Assembly (NCBI GenBank): GCA_018060545.1
Contig: JAGOVW010000002.1
Coordinates: forward strand, 141 to 64,140
Reading direction: 5' to 3'
DNA: 64,000 nt
DNA from: Minisyncoccota bacterium
GTDB lineage: Bacteria; Patescibacteriota; Minisyncoccia; Phycocordibacterales; UBA2100
Position numbers and translations under genes: made by a program. Under the pieces are notes generated by a model. That model was given only the letters and a program-made list of their open reading frames with translations, searched no databases and was not told the DNA's origin. Each line of letters opens with the position of its first letter. Within the stretch, counting starts at the first letter, position 1. Below, one piece after another: positions 1 through 7,921 of this stretch.

Positions 1-625
1 AGTATCCTGTTTCAGGGAGGGTAACTACAGCACCATGGTCCCTAAACTCGTGGAATGCCTGAACACCTAGAATATGCGTTACGTCGTGGCAGTTGCGCTG
101 GAACTCTCCATCATCCGCATACCACACGCGGAATTGGTCAAATGCCGCGGCGAGCCCCGTATCGTCAATAATCTTTTTTAGGTCTGCCTCCCAGCACACG
201 GCACGAATCGTATCGGTGTTTGTGCGTAGGCAGCTCTCTATGGTCTCGCCATCTTCGCCAGCAACAAAAATGGTTCCATGAAATTGGGATGCCATGTGGT
301 CGTGTAGCGGCCAGACGCCGGGCTCAGAGAAAGTGAACGACCATTCGCCACGAGGAGGTATTTCTACTGTGGGATCGAAGGCGGGGTAGCGTGTGTGATT
401 GGGGTGAGAATCTGATGCGGGCCAGAAGGGGAGGTCAATGTGGGAAACAAAACGTACCGTGTCGCCTTTGTTGATGTACACCTTGGCTGGTGTAAAGCCC
501 GTGGTGGTGCGCGTAACGGTAACGGTCTTTGGGTACTGGTCATACTGTGTCCATGCATATGCACAAACGAGTGCGACGACAGCGATGGCAAGAAGGGTAG
601 TGGGCGTGGTCCACGCGAAGCGCAT
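1..625 (-). CDS. Partial CDS (C-terminus beyond window start): N-terminally anchored secreted protein with a cupredoxin-like domain
   Basis: Open minus-strand frame with no stop codon before the window edge, so it is absent from the ORF track. It reads MRFAWTTPTTLLAIAVVALVCAYAWTQYDQ (signal/TM) followed by TVTRTTTGFTPAKVYINKGDTVRFVSHIDLPFWPASDSHPNH...GVWPLHDHM, a cupredoxin-like pattern. It lies in a copper-related neighbourhood. Confidence 0.35.
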   Translation of the reverse strand, partial: MRFAWTTPTTLLAIAVVALVCAYAWTQYDQYPKTVTVTRTTTGFTPAKVYINKGDTVRFVSHIDLPFWPASDSHPNHTRYPAFDPTVEIPPRGEWSFTFSEPGVWPLHDHMASQFHGTIFVAGEDGETIESCLRTNTDTIRAVCWEADLKKIIDDTGLAAAFDQFRVWYADDGEFQRNCHDVTHILGVQAFHEFRDHGAVVTLPETGY

Positions 626-661
626 TACCGTATTTAAACATGGGCGCTATCTCGCGAGTCA

Positions 662-690
662 TTGACATGCATTTTAAAAATGGTACTATC
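662..690 (+). promoter_or_regulatory. Near-consensus sigma70-type promoter (TTGACA, 16-17 nt spacer, TACTAT)
   Basis: TTGACA at about 662-667 and TACTAT at about 684-689 with a 16-17 nt spacer. No credible CDS lies downstream before the terminator at about 951-980. Confidence 0.45.
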
Positions 691-696
691 GGAGTA

Positions 697-980
697 GACA
701 GGTGCGGTAAGAGCAATCGATCGCCCCTAGCAAGTATGCTGTGGTCCATGGACACAGCTACTGAGCAAAAGCCACTGGTCAACCATGCGAGGAAATCCGT
801 TACGGCACCTCGATGAGACCTTTCCTGCATAGCGCAGGGTGGAAAACTTGGCATCAACCAGATGACCAGGCGTCCCTCTCGTGGGGATGGAAGGGAGAGC
901 AAACGACGAGCCTGTCTTTTGTTACTCCCTTTACCTTTCATCTAAAACAACAGCCACGCGAAAGCGTGGCTGTTGCTGTT
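697..980 (+). ncRNA. Candidate small non-coding RNA (about 280 nt) defined by a promoter and an intrinsic terminator; identity unknown
   Basis: A strong promoter upstream and a GC hairpin plus T-run at 951-980, with no ORF longer than about 26 codons in between. No RNase P, SRP, tmRNA or 6S signature motifs were recognised by eye. Confidence 0.3.
951..980 (+). terminator. Intrinsic terminator hairpin (cagccacgcg-aaa-gcgtggctg plus T-rich tail)
   Basis: Perfect 9-bp GC-rich stem followed by ttgctgtt. Confidence 0.5.
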
Positions 981-995
981 ATACATACTCAACAA

Positions 996-1023
996 AGAAG
1001 CCGCGGCGCACCAGGCGCCGCGG
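996..1023 (-). terminator. REP-like palindromic hairpin (aagccgcggcgc-acca-ggcgccgcggct); terminator of the small membrane protein gene
   Basis: 12-bp GC stem directly downstream of the minus-strand gene at 1047..1268. A near-identical stem recurs at about 1401-1429. Confidence 0.5.
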
Positions 1024-1046
1024 CTACATACATTTCCTGATCCGAA

Positions 1047-1268
1047 CTATCGACGCTGTAACATTCTGCCCGCGATGGCAAAGAGTACGAATAGACTGCT
1101 GCCCATCAGGGACACTGCAGTGGTGGTGGGTACCGCGCGATGTACTTGGTCAACAATCTGCGTGTCCCCCGAGAAGGTGGCCGCAGCGACTACGACTATG
1201 GTGCTCAGCAGTACAACAAATGCTCCGTACAGAAGAAATGTGCCCACATGGTGGCAAAACCTACGCAT
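1047..1268 (-). CDS. Small two-TM membrane protein (paralog of 1454..1675)
   Basis: 73-aa ORF with two hydrophobic helices. It aligns along its length with the neighbouring 73-aa protein (IVDQVHRAVPTTTAVSLMGSSLFVL vs LLEQIVRAVPKLIAFLLMGAGLSWL). A REP-like terminator lies downstream. Confidence 0.45.
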   Translation of the reverse strand: MRRFCHHVGTFLLYGAFVVLLSTIVVVAAATFSGDTQIVDQVHRAVPTTTAVSLMGSSLFVLFAIAGRMLQRR

Positions 1269-1400
1269 CTCTCTTCATGCCTCCAAATCACCCGTAATGG
1301 ACGCACGGGAACCGTCTGGGTTATACACGCGCACTATTCCTATGTCAAAAGGACGTGCAAGCGGCGGAGGTAATAGTTGTGTGTTTCTCTGTGTAAAAAG

Positions 1401-1429
1401 GAAGCCGCGGCGCTGAGTGCGCCGCGGCT
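1401..1429 (-). terminator. REP-like palindromic hairpin (aagccgcggcgc-tgagt-gcgccgcggctt), second copy
   Basis: Same stem sequence as 996-1023. It lies directly downstream of the minus-strand gene 1454..1675. Confidence 0.5.
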
Positions 1430-1453
1430 TTTACTGCCGAGGAATCTGGCAAC

Positions 1454-1675
1454 TTACTTCCCGCCGATCTTCTTTCCTGTGAAGCCGAGGAGCCAGCTCA
1501 GGCCCGCACCCATAAGTAGGAATGCGATCAGCTTGGGAACGGCGCGAACGATTTGTTCGAGCAGAGCTGTCTGCTCGAAGAAGAAAGCAGCAACCAGGAT
1601 TGCAGCCGTTCCAATGTCGGTAAAGATGGACGCGAGTAGGAATAGGGCTCCTACGATGTTGCGTACAGCTGACAT
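1454..1675 (-). CDS. Small two-TM membrane protein (paralog of 1047..1268)
   Basis: Start moved to the internal ATG (MSAVRNIVGALFLL...), which is preceded by GGGAGG. 73 aa, similar to the adjacent paralog. Confidence 0.5.
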   Translation of the reverse strand: MSAVRNIVGALFLLASIFTDIGTAAILVAAFFFEQTALLEQIVRAVPKLIAFLLMGAGLSWLLGFTGKKIGGK

Positions 1676-1740
1676 GTGTCCTCCCACATAACCCGTGACG
1701 GATGTCCGGGCACTAGATGTATTATACATCCAATAACCCT

Positions 1741-2925
1741 CTATGTCAAAAGTAGGTTGCCGTTTGCTCCCAGGGTTTCGCCCGCAAACTCGTTTCTCAG
1801 AAAGCGGAAATAACCGGCAAGGGCAATCATGAGTGCGTTGTCGGTGGCGTCCTTTGGGTTACATACCATAAATGATATCTGCTCTTCCGCACAGAGTGCC
1901 TGCAACTTCTCCCTGATATAGCGATTGGCTGCAACACCACCACCAATAATGAGCGTCTCGGTGCCATACTCGTCGATAGCACGTTTCGTCTTCTTGATGA
2001 ATACGTCAGTAACGGCGTCTTCAAACTCCCGCGCCACCATATTTTTTTGCTCGTCGGTGAGCTTTTCGCCACCTCCGAGCGCTTCTACTTCCTTGCGTAC
2101 TGCTGTTTTGATACCAGAAAAAGAAAAGTCGAGGTCGCCGCTCTGAAGCATGGGGCGGGTGAGGGTAAACGGTGCGTTGATACCCGCTTCGCGCGCAAGC
2201 GCTGCGCGGCGAGAGATTTCAGGACCACCGGGGTACGGTAATCCCATGAGGCGCGCCACCTTATCAAACGCCTCACCAATGGCATCGTCACGAGTAACAC
2301 CCACGCGCTGGTACGAGAACCATTCGGGCATGTGTACGAATTCGGTGTGCCCGCCAGAAATGAGGAGGGCCAGCAGCGGAAATGTGGGGGCATGCAATGT
2401 GTGTGTTTGTGTGTCTTTCACTTTTTGATCCAGCGACATAAATATGTGGCCCTCCATGTGATTCACGGGAACCAGCGGGATGCCCCACACGAGTGAGAGG
2501 GCTTTCGCAAAATTGATGCCGACCCACAGTGCTGGCTCGAGCCCAGGGCCGTGGGTGACAGCGATCGCATCAACGGGCGGCTTTTCGTATTGTGCGAAAA
2601 AAAGCATGAGACGCGCGAACAGTTCCTCTTCGCGCGCCAAGAGTACTTTCAACTCATCGAGCTGTGCTTTGCTGGCGCTTGGGCGCGGGGCAGCGGAAAG
2701 GAGTTTCGCCTGGGTGAGAGCTTCCGTAAGAAGCGGTACCAGATTCTTTGCGTGTTCACGCTTGGCGAGACTTGGGAATACACCACCGTATTGCTTGTGC
2801 AGCTCAACCTGAGAAAACAGTGCATTGCCTAACTGTGTGTAGCTGAAATGTTCAAGCGTGCCATCCGCATCGATAATGCAGATAGCGGTCTCGTCGCAAG
2901 AGGTCTCAATAGCAAGAAGTTTCAT
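1741..2925 (-). CDS. tsaD: tRNA N6-adenosine threonylcarbamoyltransferase TsaD (Kae1/YgjD family)
   Basis: 394 aa. N-terminus MKLLAIETSCDETAICII, metal-binding HMEGH and GGGVAAN motifs typical of TsaD. Confidence 0.9.
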   Translation of the reverse strand: MKLLAIETSCDETAICIIDADGTLEHFSYTQLGNALFSQVELHKQYGGVFPSLAKREHAKNLVPLLTEALTQAKLLSAAPRPSASKAQLDELKVLLAREEELFARLMLFFAQYEKPPVDAIAVTHGPGLEPALWVGINFAKALSLVWGIPLVPVNHMEGHIFMSLDQKVKDTQTHTLHAPTFPLLALLISGGHTEFVHMPEWFSYQRVGVTRDDAIGEAFDKVARLMGLPYPGGPEISRRAALAREAGINAPFTLTRPMLQSGDLDFSFSGIKTAVRKEVEALGGGEKLTDEQKNMVAREFEDAVTDVFIKKTKRAIDEYGTETLIIGGGVAANRYIREKLQALCAEEQISFMVCNPKDATDNALMIALAGYFRFLRNEFAGETLGANGNLLLT

Positions 2926-3049
2926 AATAGAGATGCGTGAAAAGACTATACCAAACGCTTACTGCTCGTCCCGTACCTTACGGGGCTCGTCGCAAGAGGT
3001 CTCAATAGCAAGAAGTTTCATAATAGAGATGCGTGAAAAGACTATACAG
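2888..3049. repeat. Tandem direct duplication (two copies of about 62 bp, period 99 bp) of the tsaD 5' end, RBS and upstream leader
   Basis: ctcgtcgcaagaggtctcaatagcaagaagtttcataatagagatgcgtgaaaagactata occurs at about 2888-2950 and again at about 2987-3049. The second copy creates a 20-codon uORF, MKLLAIETSCDEPRKVRDEQ. Confidence 0.7.
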
Positions 3050-3069
3050 CAGCAGCTACTGTGCGGCCA

Positions 3070-4815
3070 CTAGTTGTGCCCGTGCGTGTCGTGCGAGCCG
3101 CCATTCTTTTGGATTACATCGTACTCGGCGAAGTATTGTTCTCCGACCACGAAATTGAACATCATGCCGGAGTGCATGTGTTCAGCGATGTGGCAGTGCG
3201 CCATCCATACGCCAGGATTCGAAAACTCGATGGCGATATCGTACGTATCACCTACAGGAATGAGAATCGAATCTTTCCACACTTTATTGTCGACCGGCTC
3301 GCCATTTATCGAGAGTGTCATCATGCGTTGCCCATGCATGTGGAAAGGGTGCTGCATCGGGTGGGGTGAGAGCGGATCGTTGAATATACGAATTTTAATA
3401 GTGTCTCCAACGGCGTACTTCCAATCGTCAATTGCCATGTTTCTCTTATCGGTCGTCTCATCGAGAATCTGCCAGGTGATGTCTTTGTTAGTAGTCACAC
3501 TGTTCATCTCGAACGTGTGGTCTTCCCAATGAATTTTCTCGCCTCCCATGCTCGCGCCTTCAGCCGAGAGGCCAGCAAGCCATGCCTCTTTCTTTGCTTC
3601 GGTGCATTTGCCCATCCACTCACCATCGGGCATGCGATGGCAGGGAAGCTGGTCCATGGAAGAGCCGAAATCAACTTTTCCTGGGTCCATAGTGAGCCGC
3701 AATGTGCGCTCTGGTTTTTTGTAAAGCCAATCAGAAAATGCGGCAGCCTCTTTGGTTACCCATGCTGCACGGTGCACCGTGTTGAATGTGCGGAGAGTAG
3801 AGACGCCACTCGTGCGAGGCTGCACGTTGAACCATGTCATCTTGTACGACATAGGTCCCAGGGCGAGGTCGTGGCTTGTGTGCGTGAGTGTATACGTGCC
3901 TTCTTTCGGGAAATACACATCCACCACGTAGCGCTCGGAAGGTCCCATGAGTAGCTTTTCAATGAATGCCTCGCGTTCAAACGGGCTCAAGTCGGATGCG
4001 ACGAGCTTCATGCGTGCACCTGGAATGGTGAATTCAAATGGGCGCGCGTTGGCAACGCTCGTGATATTGAGCCGCACTACATCGCCGGCTTGGTACTCGC
4101 GCGAATAGTCGGTAACACCATTGGTTAGCATGATGTTGCCAAACCTGCCCATAATGGCGAAATTCACACGGTCCTTGAAAAAAGGAAACACGGCATCATC
4201 TTCAATAAGAATGTCGTCAACAATCAACGTGTCTTCGGCATTAACGGGCGGCAGTGTGTAGGTATTTGGCTGCACCAGATAGTTTCCTGTGAGTCCCAAC
4301 TCTTGGGCATAATCTTCGCGCACGTGTGGGTGATACCAGTACACGCCACCATCAGGGAAGGAAAGTGTGTACGTGAACGTTTCGCCAGGCTCCACCGCAT
4401 CTTGCGAGAGCCCCGGGGTTCCGTCGCTTTTTACATCCAGTCGCAAGCCATGCGAGTGCACCGTCATCGGAATGTCGAGGTTGTTGGTGAAATGCATCGT
4501 GACCGTGCTGCCTTGGGTGACTTTCACCAGGGGTCCGGGAATCGAGCCATTGTAGGCAATCATGCGGATGGTACGGTTGCCGATTTCTTTGGCCACATAG
4601 CCAGCCTCCAGTGTGTATGAGTCGCCATCCTTGAGCTCAATCAGATGCATGCCCTCCTTGGCTGTGGGGAGGCCGTTGGTTTCGGTGCTGAATGTGTTTG
4701 AGAAAGTGCCCGTTGCAAATGCATAGGAGAGGACACCTGCGGTGCACAGAAGTGTTGCCACAAGGGCGATGGTGGTTGCATGTGATCGCACGGTTGACCC
4801 AATTTTTTCTAGCAT
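3070..4815 (-). CDS. Multicopper oxidase (CueO/laccase-like), secreted
   Basis: 581 aa. Copper-site motifs WYHPH, HPFHMHG and HCHIAEHMHSGMM. N-terminal signal/TM. Confidence 0.85.
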   Translation of the reverse strand: MLEKIGSTVRSHATTIALVATLLCTAGVLSYAFATGTFSNTFSTETNGLPTAKEGMHLIELKDGDSYTLEAGYVAKEIGNRTIRMIAYNGSIPGPLVKVTQGSTVTMHFTNNLDIPMTVHSHGLRLDVKSDGTPGLSQDAVEPGETFTYTLSFPDGGVYWYHPHVREDYAQELGLTGNYLVQPNTYTLPPVNAEDTLIVDDILIEDDAVFPFFKDRVNFAIMGRFGNIMLTNGVTDYSREYQAGDVVRLNITSVANARPFEFTIPGARMKLVASDLSPFEREAFIEKLLMGPSERYVVDVYFPKEGTYTLTHTSHDLALGPMSYKMTWFNVQPRTSGVSTLRTFNTVHRAAWVTKEAAAFSDWLYKKPERTLRLTMDPGKVDFGSSMDQLPCHRMPDGEWMGKCTEAKKEAWLAGLSAEGASMGGEKIHWEDHTFEMNSVTTNKDITWQILDETTDKRNMAIDDWKYAVGDTIKIRIFNDPLSPHPMQHPFHMHGQRMMTLSINGEPVDNKVWKDSILIPVGDTYDIAIEFSNPGVWMAHCHIAEHMHSGMMFNFVVGEQYFAEYDVIQKNGGSHDTHGHN

Positions 4816-4856
4816 ATACGATGGATGGTATATCTATAAGGTGTTCCCAACAAGCT

Positions 4857-5300
4857 ATGAATAAAAACATCGGTGCAGGATTGGCGGCAGTTGTTATCTT
4901 TATCGGCGCTGCGCTTGGGCACTACTACTTCACCAAAGGTACGCCCATGGCAACATCGGACGAGCACACAGCAACAGAATCCACACACACAGAGGAGTCA
5001 AGCGCTGCGGATCACAGCACGGCAGATCACATGAAGATGATGGACGATGGGCGCACCGTGATGGCAATGGGTGGGATGATGAGCCCAAGCGTGTTGCACG
5101 CTGCAGCAAGCCAAGCACTGCGCTTGGTGAATCACGAAGCAGCTCCCGTCAAAATTGTTTTCACTGCGTCTGGTATTGAAACGGTAGAAGTGCCGCCAGG
5201 TGGGGAAGCGTACTTCACCGCGCCCGTTCAAGTAGGTCGCTACGAGTACCACAGTTCACAGAACGCAAACATAAAAGGAGTGATTGTCGTGGAGCAGTAG
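4857..5300 (+). CDS. Membrane-anchored Met/His-rich cupredoxin-like copper-binding protein
   Basis: N-terminal TM (MNKNIGAGLAAVVIFIGAAL). Met/His-rich segment HSTADHMKMMDDGRTVMAMGGMMSP, then a beta-rich C-terminal domain. Lies next to the multicopper oxidase. Confidence 0.5.
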   Translation: MNKNIGAGLAAVVIFIGAALGHYYFTKGTPMATSDEHTATESTHTEESSAADHSTADHMKMMDDGRTVMAMGGMMSPSVLHAAASQALRLVNHEAAPVKIVFTASGIETVEVPPGGEAYFTAPVQVGRYEYHSSQNANIKGVIVVEQ

Positions 5301-5305
5301 AAACA

Positions 5306-5554
5306 CTAGATGGTAAATGCCGCGGCGACTCGCTCTGCCAAGAGCGAGTCGCCTTCGTTTAGGGCCGTACCATCGTGGTGGTAGATGCGGATGAGCACCT
5401 TGTTGTAGTGATGAATAGTCACATCGGGGTGGTGGTTCATGTCTTCAGCAATAGGCAGTATACGATTCACGAATGCTACAGCATCGGTAAAATCTTTGCA
5501 TATAAATTCGCGCTCGAGTGCGCCATTGGTTTCGGTGAAGTGCTGGGTGGGCAT
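5306..5554 (-). CDS. Pterin-4a-carbinolamine dehydratase (PCD/DCoH)
   Basis: EDMNHHPDVTIHHYNKVLIRIYHHDG matches the PCD signature. Start moved to MPTQHF to exclude the N-terminal extension, which runs into the tRNA-derived repeats. Confidence 0.7.
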   Translation of the reverse strand: MPTQHFTETNGALEREFICKDFTDAVAFVNRILPIAEDMNHHPDVTIHHYNKVLIRIYHHDGTALNEGDSLLAERVAAAFTI

Positions 5555-5582
5555 GAGGAGAGTGTAGCAGTTGGGAAAGGTC

Positions 5583-6235
5583 CGATACAGGAATTTCTCC
5601 CACAGAAAAAAATCGCCGTCGCTCACCTTCGAATCCTGTATCGCGCTACGGAAATATAATCGCTCAAAGCTTCGCTTCGAGCTCATTATTTCTGTGCGCG
5701 ATACAGGAATTTCTCCGACAGAATCTGCTCGACGTCTCTCGCAGATTTCGCCGGCCGCCTCACGCCTTCCCGCATGCTTGCGGGTCCCGAGGCGTTCGCT
5801 TTCGAATCCTGTATCGCTTACAAAATGATAATCGCCTGAAGCTTACACTTCAGGCTCGATGAGAATTTGGCGATACAGGAATTTCTCCCACAAAGTTTTC
5901 TTGCCGTCGCAGAGAAAACTTCGCGGGCCGCTTCGCAGCTCCCCGTGTGCTCACGGGGCCCCGCTGCTCACCTTCGAATCCTGTATCGCGCTACGGAAAT
6001 ATAATCGCTCAAAGCTTCGCTTCGAGCTCATTATTTCTGTGCGCGATACGGCTTCGTCCCAGAATCACGGGCTTTTGCTGCTGCCCATGGCAGCGCAAAA
6101 GGCCTCGTGTTCTTGGACGGCGCCTCGGATGGTTTGCTCGTGGTGCTCGCAAACCATATCCTGCGGCGCTTCGAATCCTGACGCACAGTGCGCCGGCACT
6201 GTGCTTTATCGCGCACTTGTCGCTTTGCTCCTCTG
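5583..6235. repeat. Array of palindromic repeat elements whose arms are copies of the tRNA-Val 3' end (T-arm/acceptor), in both orientations
   Basis: Sense-orientation fragments cttcgaatcctgtatcgcgc at about 5627-5646, 5802-5817, 5972-5991 and 6160-6170. Inverted fragments gcgcgatacagg(aatttctcc) at about 5583-5602, 5696-5716, 5871-5890 and 6041-6051. An 89-bp unit, 5612-5700, is repeated exactly at 5957-6045. Confidence 0.75.
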
Positions 6236-6308
6236 TGCGCGATACAGGATTCGAACCTGTGACCCTCCCCACGTCAAGGGGATGCTCTACCAACTGAGCT
6301 AACCGCGC
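6236..6308 (-). tRNA. tRNA-Val (anticodon GAC)
   Basis: Cloverleaf folded by hand: acceptor gcgcggt/atcgcgc, D-arm gctcagttggtagagc, anticodon loop ttGACgt, T-arm caggttcgaatcctg. 73 nt, CCA not encoded. Confidence 0.8.
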
Positions 6309-6342
6309 GTGTGGAAAATATAGCAAATCCTCACGCAATGTT

Positions 6343-7383
6343 CTAGTTTCCACCCTGTGGTCGACTGAATGGCGGCCGCTTCTTCTTTGTCTCAACCACT
6401 ACTGAGCGCGTTGCCCCTCCGCGGCCGCGCTGCTCTACGGTACCATCAGTAACTTTGAATTCAGCTCGATCGCCAATCACGGTCCCACCACGAATATCAG
6501 TTTTTCCAGCCGGCTTCTTGGCGACGAGGGAATTAAACCCAGAAAGGTACCCATCGAGTTCGCCGAACATGTAGTCCCATGTTGCAGGAGCTTCCCGTGC
6601 GTCTTTTACTTTGTCTTGGTCGAATGCGGCAACAATCTTGGTGATTGCGCGGAGCGCAGCTTCAAGCTTCGGTATGGCAATACGGTAATCTTTGGTGCGT
6701 GCATACTCGAGAAACTTCCTCAGCTGCATTTCGATCTCGAGCGCAACGGTTGTTTTCAGGATGCTATTGTCCAGCGCAGATCCGTTTGTCCCCATTTTCT
6801 TTGCAGTCCATGCGTTAATTAGTTGTTCGACACGGCTTTGTGAAGCAGAAATAACACAGTGTGGAATCCCTGATTTGTAGTCTGTGCCCACATCTGGGAT
6901 TCCAGGGTAATCGACGGTTGCAAGCTTTTGTTCATCGAGGTTGAACTTGATACGCGCCAATTTGTCGGCAAGTGCGTCTCGGTTTGTCGTGAGGTCGATG
7001 CTGAGTGCAATGAGTACGTGGCCTGATTCATCAAGAATGGAAACTGTTGCGTCTACGCCATGCTTCAGGTCGTCCCATGGAGAGCGTGTAACGCGGACAT
7101 TGGGACCAAGCCACCCTTCGTTAGCTATACAGTCAATGAGTGTCGCCTCAAATAAAATGGAAGTCTTCATCGCGGTACCTTCCTCGGTGCCATCCCGTGC
7201 TTGCATTTCCTTCACATATGCGGCGTGCGCAGGGTCAGTAGGCTCTACTGTGTGGTTGCGGAATACGTTTGCTGCAAGTGTTTGTGCAGTCGCAAGTTGT
7301 TCAATTCCTCCTTTGCGCGGTGCGGGCGAGCGCTCTCCGAATGACATGCCGTTACTATACCACAGAGACGGACACACAATCAT
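6343..7383 (-). CDS. Hypothetical protein
   Basis: 346-aa ORF with no recognisable motifs. The start may be the internal Met (MSFGERSP). Confidence 0.4.
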   Translation of the reverse strand: MIVCPSLWYSNGMSFGERSPAPRKGGIEQLATAQTLAANVFRNHTVEPTDPAHAAYVKEMQARDGTEEGTAMKTSILFEATLIDCIANEGWLGPNVRVTRSPWDDLKHGVDATVSILDESGHVLIALSIDLTTNRDALADKLARIKFNLDEQKLATVDYPGIPDVGTDYKSGIPHCVISASQSRVEQLINAWTAKKMGTNGSALDNSILKTTVALEIEMQLRKFLEYARTKDYRIAIPKLEAALRAITKIVAAFDQDKVKDAREAPATWDYMFGELDGYLSGFNSLVAKKPAGKTDIRGGTVIGDRAEFKVTDGTVEQRGRGGATRSVVVETKKKRPPFSRPQGGN

Positions 7384-7610
7384 TGATTGTGTGTCCGTAA
7401 GTCTTTCGCGGCAGTGTGCAGTTCAGCCGCAGCAATGAAGACAGGGAAGGCCATCTCGCTTGCCGGGACTTTTGTCCCGTGTATGTCGTATGCCACATGC
7501 CCTTTCCGTTTTGAACGGTAAGGAATTTCGTCCCATTCCCAGGACCTTGCGTTGGTTAAGAAAATTTCTCCAGGTTGAAGTTCCGGATGGGAGTCGTTGA
7601 AGCTTTTCAT
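7380..7610 (-). CDS. Small hypothetical protein (76 aa)
   Basis: Start re-chosen to MKSFNDSHPEL, preceded by GAGGTG and a TATAAT box. The upstream part of the tracked ORF is an Arg/His-rich low-complexity stretch, probably non-coding. Confidence 0.4.
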   Translation of the reverse strand: MKSFNDSHPELQPGEIFLTNARSWEWDEIPYRSKRKGHVAYDIHGTKVPASEMAFPVFIAAAELHTAAKDLRTHNQ

Positions 7611-7634
7611 GGGCACACCTCGGTTGCTCTGCTC

Positions 7635-7663
7635 ATTATAACACGAGTATTTTTTATTGCAAA
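7635..7663 (-). promoter_or_regulatory. Candidate promoter (TTGCAA, 16 nt spacer, TATAAT) reading into 7380..7610
   Basis: On the minus strand, ttgcaa taaaaaatactcgtgt tataat lies immediately upstream of the RBS. Confidence 0.35.
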
Positions 7664-7861
7664 TTACTGCTGCGGAATCAAAATTGGTGTGTCGGTGGCG
7701 ACGGGAATGTTGGGGTCCAGGGGGAGTGGAACGCCGGTGGTGTCGCGGAAAAGTGACGCGATACTCGCGTATGCTGCCCAGCCGATTGCGCTCACAAAGA
7801 TGAGGGAGATCACGAATGATGCTGGGTCCATGCCACCACCGCCTTCGTCGTCGTGTGCCAT
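7664..7861 (-). CDS. Small membrane protein candidate (65 aa)
   Basis: MAHDDEGGGGMDPASFVISLIFVSAIGWAAYASIASLF has a single TM helix. Low complexity, uncertain. Confidence 0.25.
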   Translation of the reverse strand: MAHDDEGGGGMDPASFVISLIFVSAIGWAAYASIASLFRDTTGVPLPLDPNIPVATDTPILIPQQ

Positions 7862-7921
7862 ACATTTATAGTATCACAAGACATACCGCGGTGCGCAAGA
7901 TGGTGGATATGGAATACGGGG

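Noticed and set aside
697-980. tmRNA assignment for the orphan transcript because of an in-frame 'ANDE' peptide start
   Set aside because: There is no tRNA-like acceptor or T-arm at the ends. The frame has no nearby stop or C-terminal LAA-type tag.
813-1416. Plus-strand ORFs 813..1040, 881..1297 and 973..1416
   Set aside because: They read through two intrinsic-terminator hairpins and are antisense to the better-supported small membrane protein gene. They are GC-driven open frames.
3074-3954. Plus-strand ORFs 3074..3532 and 3517..3954 inside the multicopper oxidase gene
   Set aside because: They are antisense to a strongly supported 581-aa oxidase with intact copper motifs.
5570-6240. Possibility that the repeat arrays at 5.6-6.2 kb and 59.6-60.1 kb are CRISPR arrays
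   Set aside because: The repeats are copies of tRNA 3' ends in both orientations with irregular spacing and shared 'spacer' sequence. There is no regular repeat-spacer periodicity and no cas genes.
5571-6302. Plus-strand ORFs 5571..5828, 5859..6302, 5947..6297 and minus-strand 6009..6395
   Set aside because: They run through the tRNA-Val gene and its derived repeats. The repeated peptide strings (LTFESCIALRKYNRSKLRFELIISVRDT) merely mirror DNA repeats. They have no RBS.
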